Of a DNA stretch of 13,796 nt, positions 1 to 8,023 are shown piece by piece. The stretch lies in the IMG/VR virus record IMGVR_UViG_2619619125_000002; one strand, written 5' to 3'. The stretch comes from a virus (taxonomy: Duplodnaviria; Heunggongvirae; Uroviricota; Caudoviricetes). Positions within the stretch are counted from its first letter, which is position 1, and every line of letters starts with the position of its first letter. Made by a program: the position numbers and the translations under genes. The notes beneath the pieces are model-generated. The model was given only the letters and a program-made list of their open reading frames with translations, did not search any database and was not told the DNA's origin.

Positions 1-576
1 CTACGGCAGTGCTGGCCATTCAATATCCTGTGCAGTTGACGTATCAACACGGTTCAGCAATACCCGATACTTTTTCCATGCTTCCAGCAACGAGATTTCT
101 TCCTCCGTTGCAATTTCCAGATCTGCAGCATCCTGAAGCGGCGCAATATGCTCACTGGCTACCTGCATCAGGCTGTTTTTTGTTTCTTCCGCCTCCCGGA
201 TCCGGAACAGTTTTTCTGCTTCCGTATCCTTCACCCAGGCTGTGCCGTTCCACTTCTGATATTCCCCTCCCGGCGATAACCAGGTAACATTTTCCGGTAA
301 CGGACCGAGTTCAGAAATAAATAACGCGTCGCCGGAAGCCACGTCATAGACGGTTTTTCCCCGATGATCTTCAACGAGATGCCACGATGCCTCATCACTG
401 TTGAAAACAGCCACGAAGCCTGCCGGAATATCTGGCGGTGCAATATCGGTACTGTTTGCTGGCAGACCTGTATGAGGCGGAATATATGCGTCACCTTCAC
501 CAATAAATTCATTAGTTCCGGCCAGCAGATTATAAATTTTTATGGTCCGTGGTTGTTCACTCATTCTGAATGCCAT
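1..576 (-). CDS. Tail fiber assembly protein (Tfa family), 191 aa
   Basis: ORF translation [28 protein letters not shown]... matches the Tfa proteins of E. coli prophages (TfaR/TfaQ/TfaE) as remembered; ATG at 574-576, stop TAG at 3-1 exactly at the window edge. Confidence 0.85.
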   Translation of the reverse strand: MAFRMSEQPRTIKIYNLLAGTNEFIGEGDAYIPPHTGLPANSTDIAPPDIPAGFVAVFNSDEASWHLVEDHRGKTVYDVASGDALFISELGPLPENVTWLSPGGEYQKWNGTAWVKDTEAEKLFRIREAEETKNSLMQVASEHIAPLQDAADLEIATEEEISLLEAWKKYRVLLNRVDTSTAQDIEWPALP

Positions 577-1139
577 TATGCAAGCCTCACAATATAGTTA
601 AATGCGATGTTTTTGACGGTGTTTTCCGCATTACCAGCAGCGTTATCCGGTTTACCGCCCGACGGCTCATAAACAGGCGTATCAATTTTCGTCGTATACG
701 GCTCCTCCTCATTTCCTGTACCGGGCAAAACATCCGTCAACAGTTCATCAATTTCTGTCGGGATGAAGCCTGTCAGGGAGACATCAAAATCAGCATTGAT
801 TAGGTCCGACAGCTCCATCCGCAACAGATCTTCATCCCAGCCAGCATTCATCGGCAGGCGATTATCTGCCAGGCGGTACGCCTTTTTCTGCTCATCCGTC
901 AGGCCAGACAGAACAATGACCGGAACAGAATCCATTTTGAGCATTTCAGCCGCCATAACACGACCGTGACCCGCAATAATTTCGCCCTTTTCGTCAATCA
1001 GCACCGGATTAGTCCAGCCGAATTGCTTAATACTTTCTACCAGTTGTGCCACCTGCTCAGGGCTGTGCGTCCTGGCGTTGTGCGCATACGGTGACAATTC
1101 TTGTAATGGGCGATAGACTATCTTTAATTTCTCGCTCAT
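576..1139 (-). CDS. ParB-like nuclease domain protein (YnaK-like), 187 aa; C-terminal tail may derive from a side tail fiber gene
   Basis: N-terminal region ([50 protein letters not shown]) has a ParB/sulfiredoxin-like motif; ATG at 1137-1139; stop overlaps the tfa start as TAATG. Confidence 0.7.
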   Translation of the reverse strand: MSEKLKIVYRPLQELSPYAHNARTHSPEQVAQLVESIKQFGWTNPVLIDEKGEIIAGHGRVMAAEMLKMDSVPVIVLSGLTDEQKKAYRLADNRLPMNAGWDEDLLRMELSDLINADFDVSLTGFIPTEIDELLTDVLPGTGNEEEPYTTKIDTPVYEPSGGKPDNAAGNAENTVKNIAFNYIVRLA

Positions 1140-1166
1140 ACAGCCTTGCTTTATGAATAAAACGCA

Positions 1167-1190
1167 CCCCAGCAGCCAGTGCTACTGGGG
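1167..1190 (-). terminator. Possible hairpin downstream of trkG (ccccag...ctgggg stem)
   Basis: 6-bp GC-rich inverted repeat followed on the - strand by a U-rich stretch (gcguuuuauuc); sits between the trkG stop and the ParB-like gene start. Confidence 0.3.
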
Positions 1191-1276
1191 ACGGAGGGGT
1201 TGCTGGTAAAGTTAGGTATTGGATCAATGAGTGAGTCAACATAATATTAAACTCACAATTATAAATCAGCCATATA

Positions 1277-2734
1277 TTAGGAGCGCCAAAAAAAACCTGA
1301 AAACAATATAATAACAGGATAAATTTCAAGGCGACCAAGAATCATAGCTATGCACATTAAACATTTTGCAATGTCATTAAGCACTCCGAATGACGATGCA
1401 GTAGCCCCAAAACCTAATCCCATATTATTAATACATGCAGCCACTGTTGCAAATGATGTAAGAAAATCATATCCCATACCATTTAACACCAGTATAAAAA
1501 ACACCGTGAAGAGAGTATAAAGAAAAAAGAAACTCCATACAGACCTCATTACACGATCTGTAACTATCTTCCCTCCTACATTTACACTCAACAACGCTCT
1601 GGGATGAGAAAGCTGATTTATCTCGTGTTTGCTTTGTTTGAAAAGTATAAGAAATCGAAGTGACTTAATTCCACCACAAGTTGAACCTATACATCCCCCA
1701 AAGAAACTTGACAACAGCAAAAACACTATCGTGTGCGTGGGCCAACTTGCATAATCCTGCGTAGCTAAACCATTATCAGTGAGCATGGAGCTGGCAAGAA
1801 AAAACGAATGAATAAAACTTCCATGCAAGTCATACATACCTATATGCCAGACCTGGAAAGAGGTAACAATGATCACCCCTAAGGCTATTAACAGAAAGAA
1901 ACGAAGTTCAATATCTCTGATTAAAGGTTTTATCGTTTTCCTGCTAATAACAATATACCAAAGAGTGAAGTTGAAAGCCGATAGCAGGGAAAAAGAACCA
2001 GCCACCAGCTCAACCAAATAGTTATTAAAATATCCGATACTCTCGCTATGAGTTGAGAAACCACCAAGCGAAACTGTGGAAATCCCGTGACAAATAGCAT
2101 CAAACAAAGGCATTCCTGCAAGTCTATAACAGACAATACAAGCAATACCTAATAAAGAATAAGTTATCCACAGTGTCCGTGACGTATCGGCCAGGCGGGG
2201 AGTGAGTTTGTCATCCTTAAATGGCCCCGGCATTTCTGACTGATAAAGCTTTGCACCACCAATACCCAATAATGGCAATACAGCAACCGCCAGAACAATA
2301 ACTCCTAAACCACCTATAAAATTTAACTGTGACCGATAGTACAAATATGCCCGAGGTAATGAACTAACATCATCAATTACAGTTGCTCCTGTTGTTGTTA
2401 TTCCAGAAACCCCTTCAAACAGAGCATCAATGAACGTTAAATTAAGTTCTGAGTCAATCCATAAAGGGAATGCACTAATAACAGAAAACAAAATCCAAAA
2501 CATTACAATTATAATAAACCCATCACGGGTACGTAATTGAATGCCAGATTTCTTAGTTGTATACCACGCTCCGCCACCAATGCAAAAAAATATAACGAAA
2601 GTTATAAAGAAAACGAACAGGCTTTTTTCTTTATAAAACAATGCTACAACCATTGGTGGCAACATTGAAAGACTATAGAGCCAAACCAGGAACCCACACA
2701 TATGAGTAACAACTCTTACATGAGATGTATTCAT
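1277..2734 (-). CDS. trkG: Trk-system potassium uptake protein TrkG, 485 aa
   Basis: Translation from MNTSHVRVVTHMCGFLVWLY... matches remembered TrkG over its length; multi-pass membrane protein; ATG at 2732-2734. An upstream TTG at 2750-2752 with an AAGGTGG Shine-Dalgarno is an alternative start. Confidence 0.9.
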   Translation of the reverse strand: MNTSHVRVVTHMCGFLVWLYSLSMLPPMVVALFYKEKSLFVFFITFVIFFCIGGGAWYTTKKSGIQLRTRDGFIIIVMFWILFSVISAFPLWIDSELNLTFIDALFEGVSGITTTGATVIDDVSSLPRAYLYYRSQLNFIGGLGVIVLAVAVLPLLGIGGAKLYQSEMPGPFKDDKLTPRLADTSRTLWITYSLLGIACIVCYRLAGMPLFDAICHGISTVSLGGFSTHSESIGYFNNYLVELVAGSFSLLSAFNFTLWYIVISRKTIKPLIRDIELRFFLLIALGVIIVTSFQVWHIGMYDLHGSFIHSFFLASSMLTDNGLATQDYASWPTHTIVFLLLSSFFGGCIGSTCGGIKSLRFLILFKQSKHEINQLSHPRALLSVNVGGKIVTDRVMRSVWSFFFLYTLFTVFFILVLNGMGYDFLTSFATVAACINNMGLGFGATASSFGVLNDIAKCLMCIAMILGRLEIYPVIILFSGFFWRS

Positions 2735-2871
2735 ATCTAAATATTCTTTCAATTATAACCACCTTGCTGCAATATTATGATTATACTGTATAAAATTTAA
2801 CTCCTCTTAGATCTTACTTCACTGTTCCTTATGAAACAATCATCAAAATGAATCATATTGTAGTTAAGATT

Positions 2872-3336
2872 TTACTTTAAACACTGCTCGGTTATGTATT
2901 GCTGAGCACCTTCAAGTTGGGCCTGCATCATTACCAGTCGTTCCCGGAGGGTGAAATAATCCCGTTCAGCGGTGTCTGCCAGTCGGGGGGAGGCTGCATT
3001 ATCCACGCCGGAGGCGGTGGTGGCTTCACGCACTGACTGACAGACTGCTTTGATGTGCAACCGACGACGACCAGCGGCAACATCATCACGCAGAACATCA
3101 TTTTCAGCTTTCGCATCAGCTAACTCCTTCGTGTATTTTGCATCGAGCGCAGCAACATCACGCTGACGCATCTGCATGTCAGTAATTGCCGCGTTCGCCA
3201 GCTTCAGTTCTCTGGCATTTTTGTCGCGCTGTTCTTTGTAGGCGATGGCGTTATCACGGTAATGATTAACACCCCATGACAGGCAGACGACGATGCAGAT
3301 AACCAGAGCGGAGATAATCGCGGTTACTCTGTTCAT
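2872..3336 (-). CDS. Rz i-spanin (inner-membrane spanin subunit)
   Basis: Translation [21 protein letters not shown]... with N-terminal TM and coiled-coil-like body; start ATG overlaps the R stop (ATGA); contains the embedded Rz1 frame, as in lambda/P21 Rz. Confidence 0.85.
   Translation of the reverse strand: MNRVTAIISALVICIVVCLSWGVNHYRDNAIAYKEQRDKNARELKLANAAITDMQMRQRDVAALDAKYTKELADAKAENDVLRDDVAAGRRRLHIKAVCQSVREATTASGVDNAASPRLADTAERDYFTLRERLVMMQAQLEGAQQYITEQCLK
2931..3116 (-). CDS. Rz1 o-spanin lipoprotein, embedded in the +1 frame of Rz
   Basis: Translation [24 protein letters not shown]... has a lipobox (VVGC) and a PPPPP proline-rich body typical of Rz1; lies wholly inside Rz. Confidence 0.8.
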   Translation of the reverse strand: MRKLKMMFCVMMLPLVVVGCTSKQSVSQCVKPPPPPAWIMQPPPDWQTPLNGIISPSGNDW

Positions 3337-3830
3337 TGCTGACCCCACAAACAGATTTCACGCTCAATCTCACGACGAGTCATGAGACCTTTCCATTGCT
3401 TACCGCCAGCATATGTCCAGCGACGTAGCTGATCACATGCGCCTTTGATATCGCCCTGGTTTATTTTGCGAAGAAGCGTCGATGTTCTGAAATTGCCAGC
3501 ACCCACGTTGTAAACGAATGAGTAAAGAGCGCCGCGCGTTGTTTCCGGTATATCGACTTTGATGTACGGGTTAATTTGTCTGGCGACCGTGGCAAGGTCT
3601 TTATTCAAGAGTGTTTTGCATTCTGCTTTGGTATACGTTTTACCGAGCATGATGTCTTTTCCTGTATGCCCGTGACATACAGTCCATACACCAACAATAT
3701 CTTTGTATGGTATGTAGCTGACACCTTCCAGACCATCGTTACCACTTGGGCCAGTGATTAACACTGATGCTATAGCAATTGCTCCGCCACCAATAGCAGC
3801 AGCAACGACTTTTCGTAATGATGGAGGCAT
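3333..3830 (-). CDS. Phage lysozyme R, SAR-type endolysin (P21 R / RrrD-like), 165 aa
   Basis: Translation [27 protein letters not shown]... has a Gly/Ala-rich N-terminal signal-anchor-release segment and a lysozyme body matching the DLP12 RrrD / phage 21 R as remembered; start overlaps the S stop (ATGA). Confidence 0.9.
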   Translation of the reverse strand: MPPSLRKVVAAAIGGGAIAIASVLITGPSGNDGLEGVSYIPYKDIVGVWTVCHGHTGKDIMLGKTYTKAECKTLLNKDLATVARQINPYIKVDIPETTRGALYSFVYNVGAGNFRTSTLLRKINQGDIKGACDQLRRWTYAGGKQWKGLMTRREIEREICLWGQQ

Positions 3831-4045
3831 TATTCACCTCTCGCAGCCTTGCGCTTATCTTCTTTAATCTTGAAATAAAGGTTTGTCAGGTACGTCAGCA
3901 GGCCAAATACCAGACTACCCAGCACACCGATTGCAGCCCACTGTGACGGAGTTACTCTATCGAGCAACTGTAAAAACCAGTAGCCAGCACTGCCTGCGGA
4001 GGTGCCGTAGGCAATGCCTGTTGAAATTTTGTCCATGGATTTCAT
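3830..4045 (-). CDS. Holin S, phage-21-type pinholin, 71 aa, with dual-start motif MKSM
   Basis: Translation [71 protein letters not shown]; ATG at 4043-4045 and a second ATG at 4034-4036 (Met1/Met4); strong SD GGAGGTG upstream. Confidence 0.85.
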   Translation of the reverse strand: MKSMDKISTGIAYGTSAGSAGYWFLQLLDRVTPSQWAAIGVLGSLVFGLLTYLTNLYFKIKEDKRKAARGE

Positions 4046-4145
4046 AGCCTCACCTCCGCACGGAACGGATGGCATAGTTATTATGTGTAGGCTTTCAGAC
4101 ACATCAATCAGAGCCTTAATTGATATATATGCTGGAGACGATGCA

Positions 4146-4171
4146 ATATAAAAAGCTCGCCGTAGCGAGCT
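4146..4171 (-). terminator. Rho-independent terminator-like hairpin downstream of the second lipoprotein gene
   Basis: Perfect 7-bp stem agctcgc/gcgagct with a 4-nt loop, followed on the - strand by UUUUAUAU. Confidence 0.4.
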
Positions 4172-4296
4172 AATAAAATGTATTTCTCTGATATTATGTT
4201 TATTTGTATTAGCTCAGACTTGACATCACAGGTTTCGTATATAGAACATCATCAAATCTGTCAGTTTGCTATGAATGAGATATAGTAATTGAAGAG

Positions 4297-4692
4297 CTAA
4301 CCTCGCATGTCAAAGCCAGATTTCTGAAAATCTCTGTAGACTTCCGGATTGTTGAAGGCCGGAAATTTGGCTTTATGAGCTGCGGACTTTATCGCTTCGC
4401 AATAGGCTTTATCACCGTTACTGGTAGATATTTTTAACGCCGTGCCATCCTGAGAGAATTCCATATGCAACCTGCATTTTTTCCCTTTCCAGTTATGCGG
4501 CTCATCAAGTTTGGCATTAATTGCAGCTCTGATTCCCCGCGCTTGCGCCCCCCATTCATCCTGATCATCCCAGCGTCCTGAACTGCAACTACCTGTAGCA
4601 GTAGTTTTGTGGCAATCTGAAGGGTGTAAAGGTGTGCATCCCGCAACAAAACCGACCCAAAAAGTCAACATAACGATTTTCTTTAATCCCAC
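4297..4692 (-). CDS. Lipoprotein with divergent TolA C-terminal (domain III)-like fold, 131 aa, probable GTG start
   Basis: N-terminus MGLKKIVMLTFWVGFVAGC is a lipoprotein signal peptide (lipobox VAGC); GTG start at 4690-4692 preceded by AGGAG with an 8-nt spacer; C-terminal region (KKCRLHMEF...YCEAIKSAA...NPEVYRDFQ) parallels the paralog at 4843-5271. Confidence 0.65.
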   Translation of the reverse strand: MGLKKIVMLTFWVGFVAGCTPLHPSDCHKTTATGSCSSGRWDDQDEWGAQARGIRAAINAKLDEPHNWKGKKCRLHMEFSQDGTALKISTSNGDKAYCEAIKSAAHKAKFPAFNNPEVYRDFQKSGFDMRG

Positions 4693-4842
4693 TTCTTGCT
4701 CCTCAATCCATTAAAATCTCAGCAATAGTAGTTGTTACGTCCGCCACTGGCTCAGAGCTGACTATCCGCTAAATTTAGCTCAGTGCCGTAGCTGTGTCAG
4801 AACAAACCTAAGCCGAAACCGTTTATTACAAAACAATAAATA

Positions 4843-5271
4843 TCAGGGTTTAAAATCCAGCACCCCATTTTGAAATACTTTATATACTTCCGGCGAAGGG
4901 GGGGCAGGTATATCAGCATTCTTTATCGCATTCATCGCTTCACGACATAAATCGAGGTCTCCACTTTCTCTTTTAACCTCCAGTAGAAGGCCATTCGGGG
5001 CCATATGCATTCTCAGTGTACACTCTTTTCCTGAATACTTACTCGCATCCCCGAACTGTTTTTCGATGGCGCTCTTGATTTGATGGGCATACAGACGGAT
5101 ATCCTCACTAACATCAGAAGTACGTTCAGATGAACTCACATACTGTGTCTCTATTGCTTTATCGGAGTAATATGATGTACGGTCATGATAATTTGTCGAT
5201 ACAGCATCAGTGCACCCGATAATAATCCCACTAATAATCAACGTAAGAATTGATGCGCTACGAAAACCCAT
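4843..5271 (-). CDS. Lipoprotein with TolA C-terminal domain (TolA-III) homology, 142 aa
   Basis: Signal peptide with lipobox (IIGC); C-terminal 85 aa (YAHQIKSAIEKQFGDASKYSGKECTLRMHMAPNGLLLEVKRESGDLDLCREAMNAIKNADIPAPPSPEVYKVFQNGVLDFKP) aligns with the C-terminus of E. coli TolA as I remember it (YAGQIKSAIESKFYDASSYAGKTCTLRIKLAPDGMLLDIKPEGGDPALCQAALAAAKLAKIPKPPSQAVYEVFKNAPLDFKP); ATG at 5269-5271 with a GAGGA SD. Confidence 0.8.
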   Translation of the reverse strand: MGFRSASILTLIISGIIIGCTDAVSTNYHDRTSYYSDKAIETQYVSSSERTSDVSEDIRLYAHQIKSAIEKQFGDASKYSGKECTLRMHMAPNGLLLEVKRESGDLDLCREAMNAIKNADIPAPPSPEVYKVFQNGVLDFKP

Positions 5272-5300
5272 TTTTCCTCACATATGTCATATAGTAAAGG

Positions 5301-5330
5301 ATTATATATACCGTTGTTTTGGACGCTCAA
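5301..5330 (-). promoter_or_regulatory. Candidate sigma70 promoter for the TolA-domain lipoprotein gene (-35 TTGAGC, 18-bp spacer, -10 TATAAT)
   Basis: On the - strand, TATAAT (complement of 5301-5306) and TTGAGC (complement of 5325-5330) about 30 nt upstream of the ATG at 5271. Confidence 0.35.
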
Positions 5331-5860
5331 ACAGCGAATCAGATCAAATAAAACGCACATTTGTTAACATTTACACAAAGTCTGCGTGGGATATTCTGAA
5401 AGAATATCCATAATGTGGAGAGAATCTATTGAAGTGCATGGTGCCGGGTGCCTTCCGGTGAACAAAATGTTCGTGATACCTGTCGGCGACAGAAAAGGTT
5501 AATGGTATCACCCCACCGCACAGGGGGATTCACCATGCAGGAGTTTTCTTAGCAAACTCACTGCGCGCCCGGCAACTCCCAACCACATAAAATGCGGAGT
5601 TTGTGGTATTTATGCATATAACTCGCAGGAATTATCTTAAAAAACTGATGTCGATCCGGATTAAAAAGAAGCAGGTCATCATCAGATGACTGGAAAAAAG
5701 GAAAAAAAAAATACTCATCATACAGTTTTGATTGCAGGGATGAGCCTGCTATGCACAATATGCAGAATATAAGCAAGATAAAAATATGCAGGCATATTAT
5801 TTCGGATTTTGTTATTAACACAACCTTTTTAATAATCATTTGGCATACAATAAACCAGTC

Positions 5861-5887
5861 CAAAAAGAACCGCCTAAACAGGCGGTT
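5861..5887 (-). terminator. Terminator-like hairpin in the late leader region (aaccgcc / ggcggtt stem followed by a U-run on the - strand)
   Basis: 7-bp perfect stem with a 6-nt loop; - strand reads ...ggcggtt cuuuuugg. Confidence 0.35.
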
Positions 5888-6141
5888 GGTCAATACAAAG
5901 GATGCTTCGTCTTTATTATAGTAATCTGAGGCGTCGGGTGTCTTGTATCAGACAACATATTGTCCCGCTAAACAGCGAATTACAAACCACCCTGCAATGA
6001 TCTCTCATCTCATTTTATATGAGTTGACGACATCAGGATAACGCATCATCAGCCCCTGCCAAGAAATATCAAAACTCCCGCCAGCAATGTGTTATCACAA
6101 TATTGTAAAAAAAACACAGCACCGAAACTATAACTGGTCTC

Positions 6142-6150
6142 TGTTATAAT
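6142..6150 (+). promoter_or_regulatory. Extended -10 element TGtTATAAT on the + strand, flanked by a 9-bp inverted repeat (6132-6140 / 6162-6170)
   Basis: tgttataat at 6142-6150; aactggtct and agaccagtt flank it symmetrically; no good -35. Could drive a short + strand RNA ending at the 6205-6237 terminator, or be an operator or late-promoter-associated element. Confidence 0.25.
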
Positions 6151-6204
6151 TTGGAGCAGAAAGACCAGTTGCCCAACTAGCAGCATTCTCCCCTGCTTTC
6201 CTGA

Positions 6205-6237
6205 CGTAAAAAAACCGCATTAAGCGGTTTTTTTACG
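6205..6237. terminator. Bidirectional rho-independent terminator (14-bp perfect inverted repeat cgtaaaaaaaccgc / gcggtttttttacg), candidate tR' downstream of Q
   Basis: Perfect 14-bp palindromic arms with a 5-nt loop (attaa); GC core flanked by A7/T7 runs so it reads as hairpin plus U-run in both orientations; lies about 80-110 nt downstream of the Q stop. Confidence 0.6.
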
Positions 6238-6314
6238 ATGTCCATGTCTGCAATCCGCCTCGCGATACAGCTGTGCGAAGCATAGCAAAATTGAAGCAGT
6301 TTATACGTAAGAAA

Positions 6315-6857
6315 TCAAGCCATTTTCTCAGCAAATGATTCACGCATGGGAATATATAGGGCATACTCAGCAACAGCTAACCAATTAGCAATCCGTTTTT
6401 CGCATGTGCTAAAACACCACTCTGGGTGTCCATCATTTAGCAATTCAGCCATTTTGCGCTTAGTCATCCCCCGCCCTTCATAGCGTTGCCGGAGAATGCA
6501 AATCAATCCTGGATGCTCTGCCAGCACCTCACTTATGACTCGATCAATACATAACGCCTCTGCATCAGTACAATGCGCCAGCCAGCTCTTTTGCTTGCCG
6601 TTGATCATCTCTCGCAAAAACGCTTCCAGCTCAGCTTTCTCTATTCCCGCTTTTTTCATTCTACGCAGGGCTTCATTAATGGCTGTTTTCGTCAGTTTTT
6701 TGGATGCCAACAACTGATTGAACATATTCCCTGACCTGCCACCGCCAATATACGACCAGCGCCCCCACATACGTAGTTTTCCCTGAATCCAGACACTTTC
6801 CAGCGTGGTGAGGCGAAGGTGTTCTCCGCTTTTTCCTGTATTCGTTGGGTAAATCAT
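6315..6857 (-). CDS. Putative late-gene antitermination protein Q, 180 aa
   Basis: Sits immediately upstream of the late leader/terminator and the S-R-Rz cassette; contains an RMWGRW motif resembling the ERWGAW motif I recall in the DLP12 Q-like protein QuuD; Cys-containing C-terminal half; start overlaps the YbcO-like stop (ATGA). Confidence 0.6.
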   Translation of the reverse strand: MIYPTNTGKSGEHLRLTTLESVWIQGKLRMWGRWSYIGGGRSGNMFNQLLASKKLTKTAINEALRRMKKAGIEKAELEAFLREMINGKQKSWLAHCTDAEALCIDRVISEVLAEHPGLICILRQRYEGRGMTKRKMAELLNDGHPEWCFSTCEKRIANWLAVAEYALYIPMRESFAEKMA

Positions 6858-7144
6858 AAATGACCTTTCTTTCTCCAGATTTCTTGTGTGCGAAAAACCC
6901 CTTCAGCATGCATCAGGCGCAATTCTTCTTTGGTGTAATCGCTGGTTTTTACCCGCCCGTCGATTAGATCGTGGCATGAGCTACAGGCTATCGCCGCCTG
7001 CATATCGTGTGGTTTTGTCGCTGTTCCGCACGTCCCCGCCAGCCTGTAATGCGCCAGCACAGAGGTTTCGGGATTGTGATTGCAGTAGCCAGGGATTCTG
7101 ATCTGGCACATCTGGCCTTTAGCCGCTTTACGTAAATTCACCAT
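6854..7144 (-). CDS. YbcO-like (DUF1364) putative zinc-binding nuclease, 96 aa
   Basis: Size, Cys/His pattern (CxxxxxC ... CxxC ... CSSCHDLIDGR) and position just upstream of Q match the DLP12 ybcO / nin-region genes as remembered. Confidence 0.7.
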   Translation of the reverse strand: MVNLRKAAKGQMCQIRIPGYCNHNPETSVLAHYRLAGTCGTATKPHDMQAAIACSSCHDLIDGRVKTSDYTKEELRLMHAEGVFRTQEIWRKKGHL

Positions 7145-7743
7145 TACGCAAACTCCAGTAGTTGTGCGGCCACATTTTCAACTTCCTCCTGAGAGGAGAA
7201 TTTACGAAACAGAATCCAGTTCCACAGCACATTCAGTACAGATTTATAAACCTGCTGAAACTCGACTTCGTCCATATTCGCAAAAGCGATGGATTTTGCC
7301 CGACGCCCACGGCTACCGTCCGGATAAATATGCTCGGTGTAAAATCCGGCCTGAATGGTTACCCACTCGCGGAAAGCCTCAAACGACTTTAGCAACGCCG
7401 TATCCCGGGTTCTACGAGTCGCAACGGTGTTAAGGTATTGCTCTGCGGCATCACTCAGGGCTGGCGTGTGTTCCCGACCAACTGATTCGCACAGGTAATC
7501 AACGAAACCAGACAGCAGTTCTCGTTCGCGAGGCGTGATCGCCCCACCGACCGGAGTCCAGTAATCGAATCCCAGTTGCAGGAGTTTGAAAAAACGCTTG
7601 TGGAATGCGTAGTTACGCACACGCTTAAAGTCTGCGTGTATCCACTCACCTATTTTGATTTGATGCAGAAAATCGCAACTCTCCGGCGTCGCCGGGAGAA
7701 GTAAACCAGAAGAAGTTTGTTTGACCAGTTGTATATGCGCCAT
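7144..7743 (-). CDS. DUF1367-family phage protein (nin-region), 199 aa
   Basis: ATG at 7741-7743; stop overlaps the ybcO-like start (TAATG); position upstream of ybcO/Q typical of lambdoid nin-region genes; family assignment from memory. Confidence 0.6.
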   Translation of the reverse strand: MAHIQLVKQTSSGLLLPATPESCDFLHQIKIGEWIHADFKRVRNYAFHKRFFKLLQLGFDYWTPVGGAITPRERELLSGFVDYLCESVGREHTPALSDAAEQYLNTVATRRTRDTALLKSFEAFREWVTIQAGFYTEHIYPDGSRGRRAKSIAFANMDEVEFQQVYKSVLNVLWNWILFRKFSSQEEVENVAAQLLEFA

Positions 7744-7801
7744 TTCTCAATCTCTCGATGGCGCAGCGCAGCAGATGCCAGTTGTTCAGGCTGACGAATA
7801 A

Positions 7802-7829
7802 AGTATAAATAAACTGGCTATGGTGTAAA
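7802..7829 (-). promoter_or_regulatory. Candidate sigma70 promoter for the DUF1367-ybcO-Q operon (-35 TTTACA, 16-bp spacer, -10 TATACT)
   Basis: On the - strand about 60 nt upstream of the DUF1367 ATG, at the boundary with the AT-rich island. Confidence 0.3.
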
Positions 7830-8023
7830 GCCCCACATAGCATGAACAAACACTACATATCAAATAGCTGGTACAAGGATAGAAATACGACATTTATTAT
7901 TAAAAACGATTAGATAAATTACATTTTAATGTTATGCAAAAGTTCTTTTTTATCATAACATTTCAATAAAAGCATTACAGATGCAATCATCCCGTCATCA
8001 TCAATTATTTAAGGTGGTTAAAC

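Noticed and set aside
231-969. ORFs 231-512(-), 364-597(+), 570-803(+), 763-969(+)
   Set aside because: Alternative-frame or antisense overlaps of the well-supported tfa and ParB-like genes; no independent start signals.
1057-2145. ORFs 1057-1338(-) and 1930-2145(-)
   Set aside because: Overlap trkG or the ParB-like gene in other frames; low-complexity translations; spurious.
3576-3761. 61-aa + strand ORF antisense to the endolysin gene
   Set aside because: Entirely within R on the opposite strand; no RBS.
4434-4649. 71-aa - strand ORF inside the second lipoprotein gene
   Set aside because: Alternative frame of a gene with a better-supported frame (signal peptide plus lipobox).
5210-5413. 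67-aa + strand ORF
   Set aside because: Antisense across the start and promoter of the TolA-domain lipoprotein gene; no RBS.
6496-7849. ORFs 6496-6717(+), 6676-6909(-), 6886-7101(+), 7162-7392(+), 7164-7433(+), 7455-7649(-), 7646-7849(-)
   Set aside because: All overlap the DUF1367/YbcO-like/Q genes in other frames or on the antisense strand; the nested ATGA/TAATG-coupled operon explains the region.
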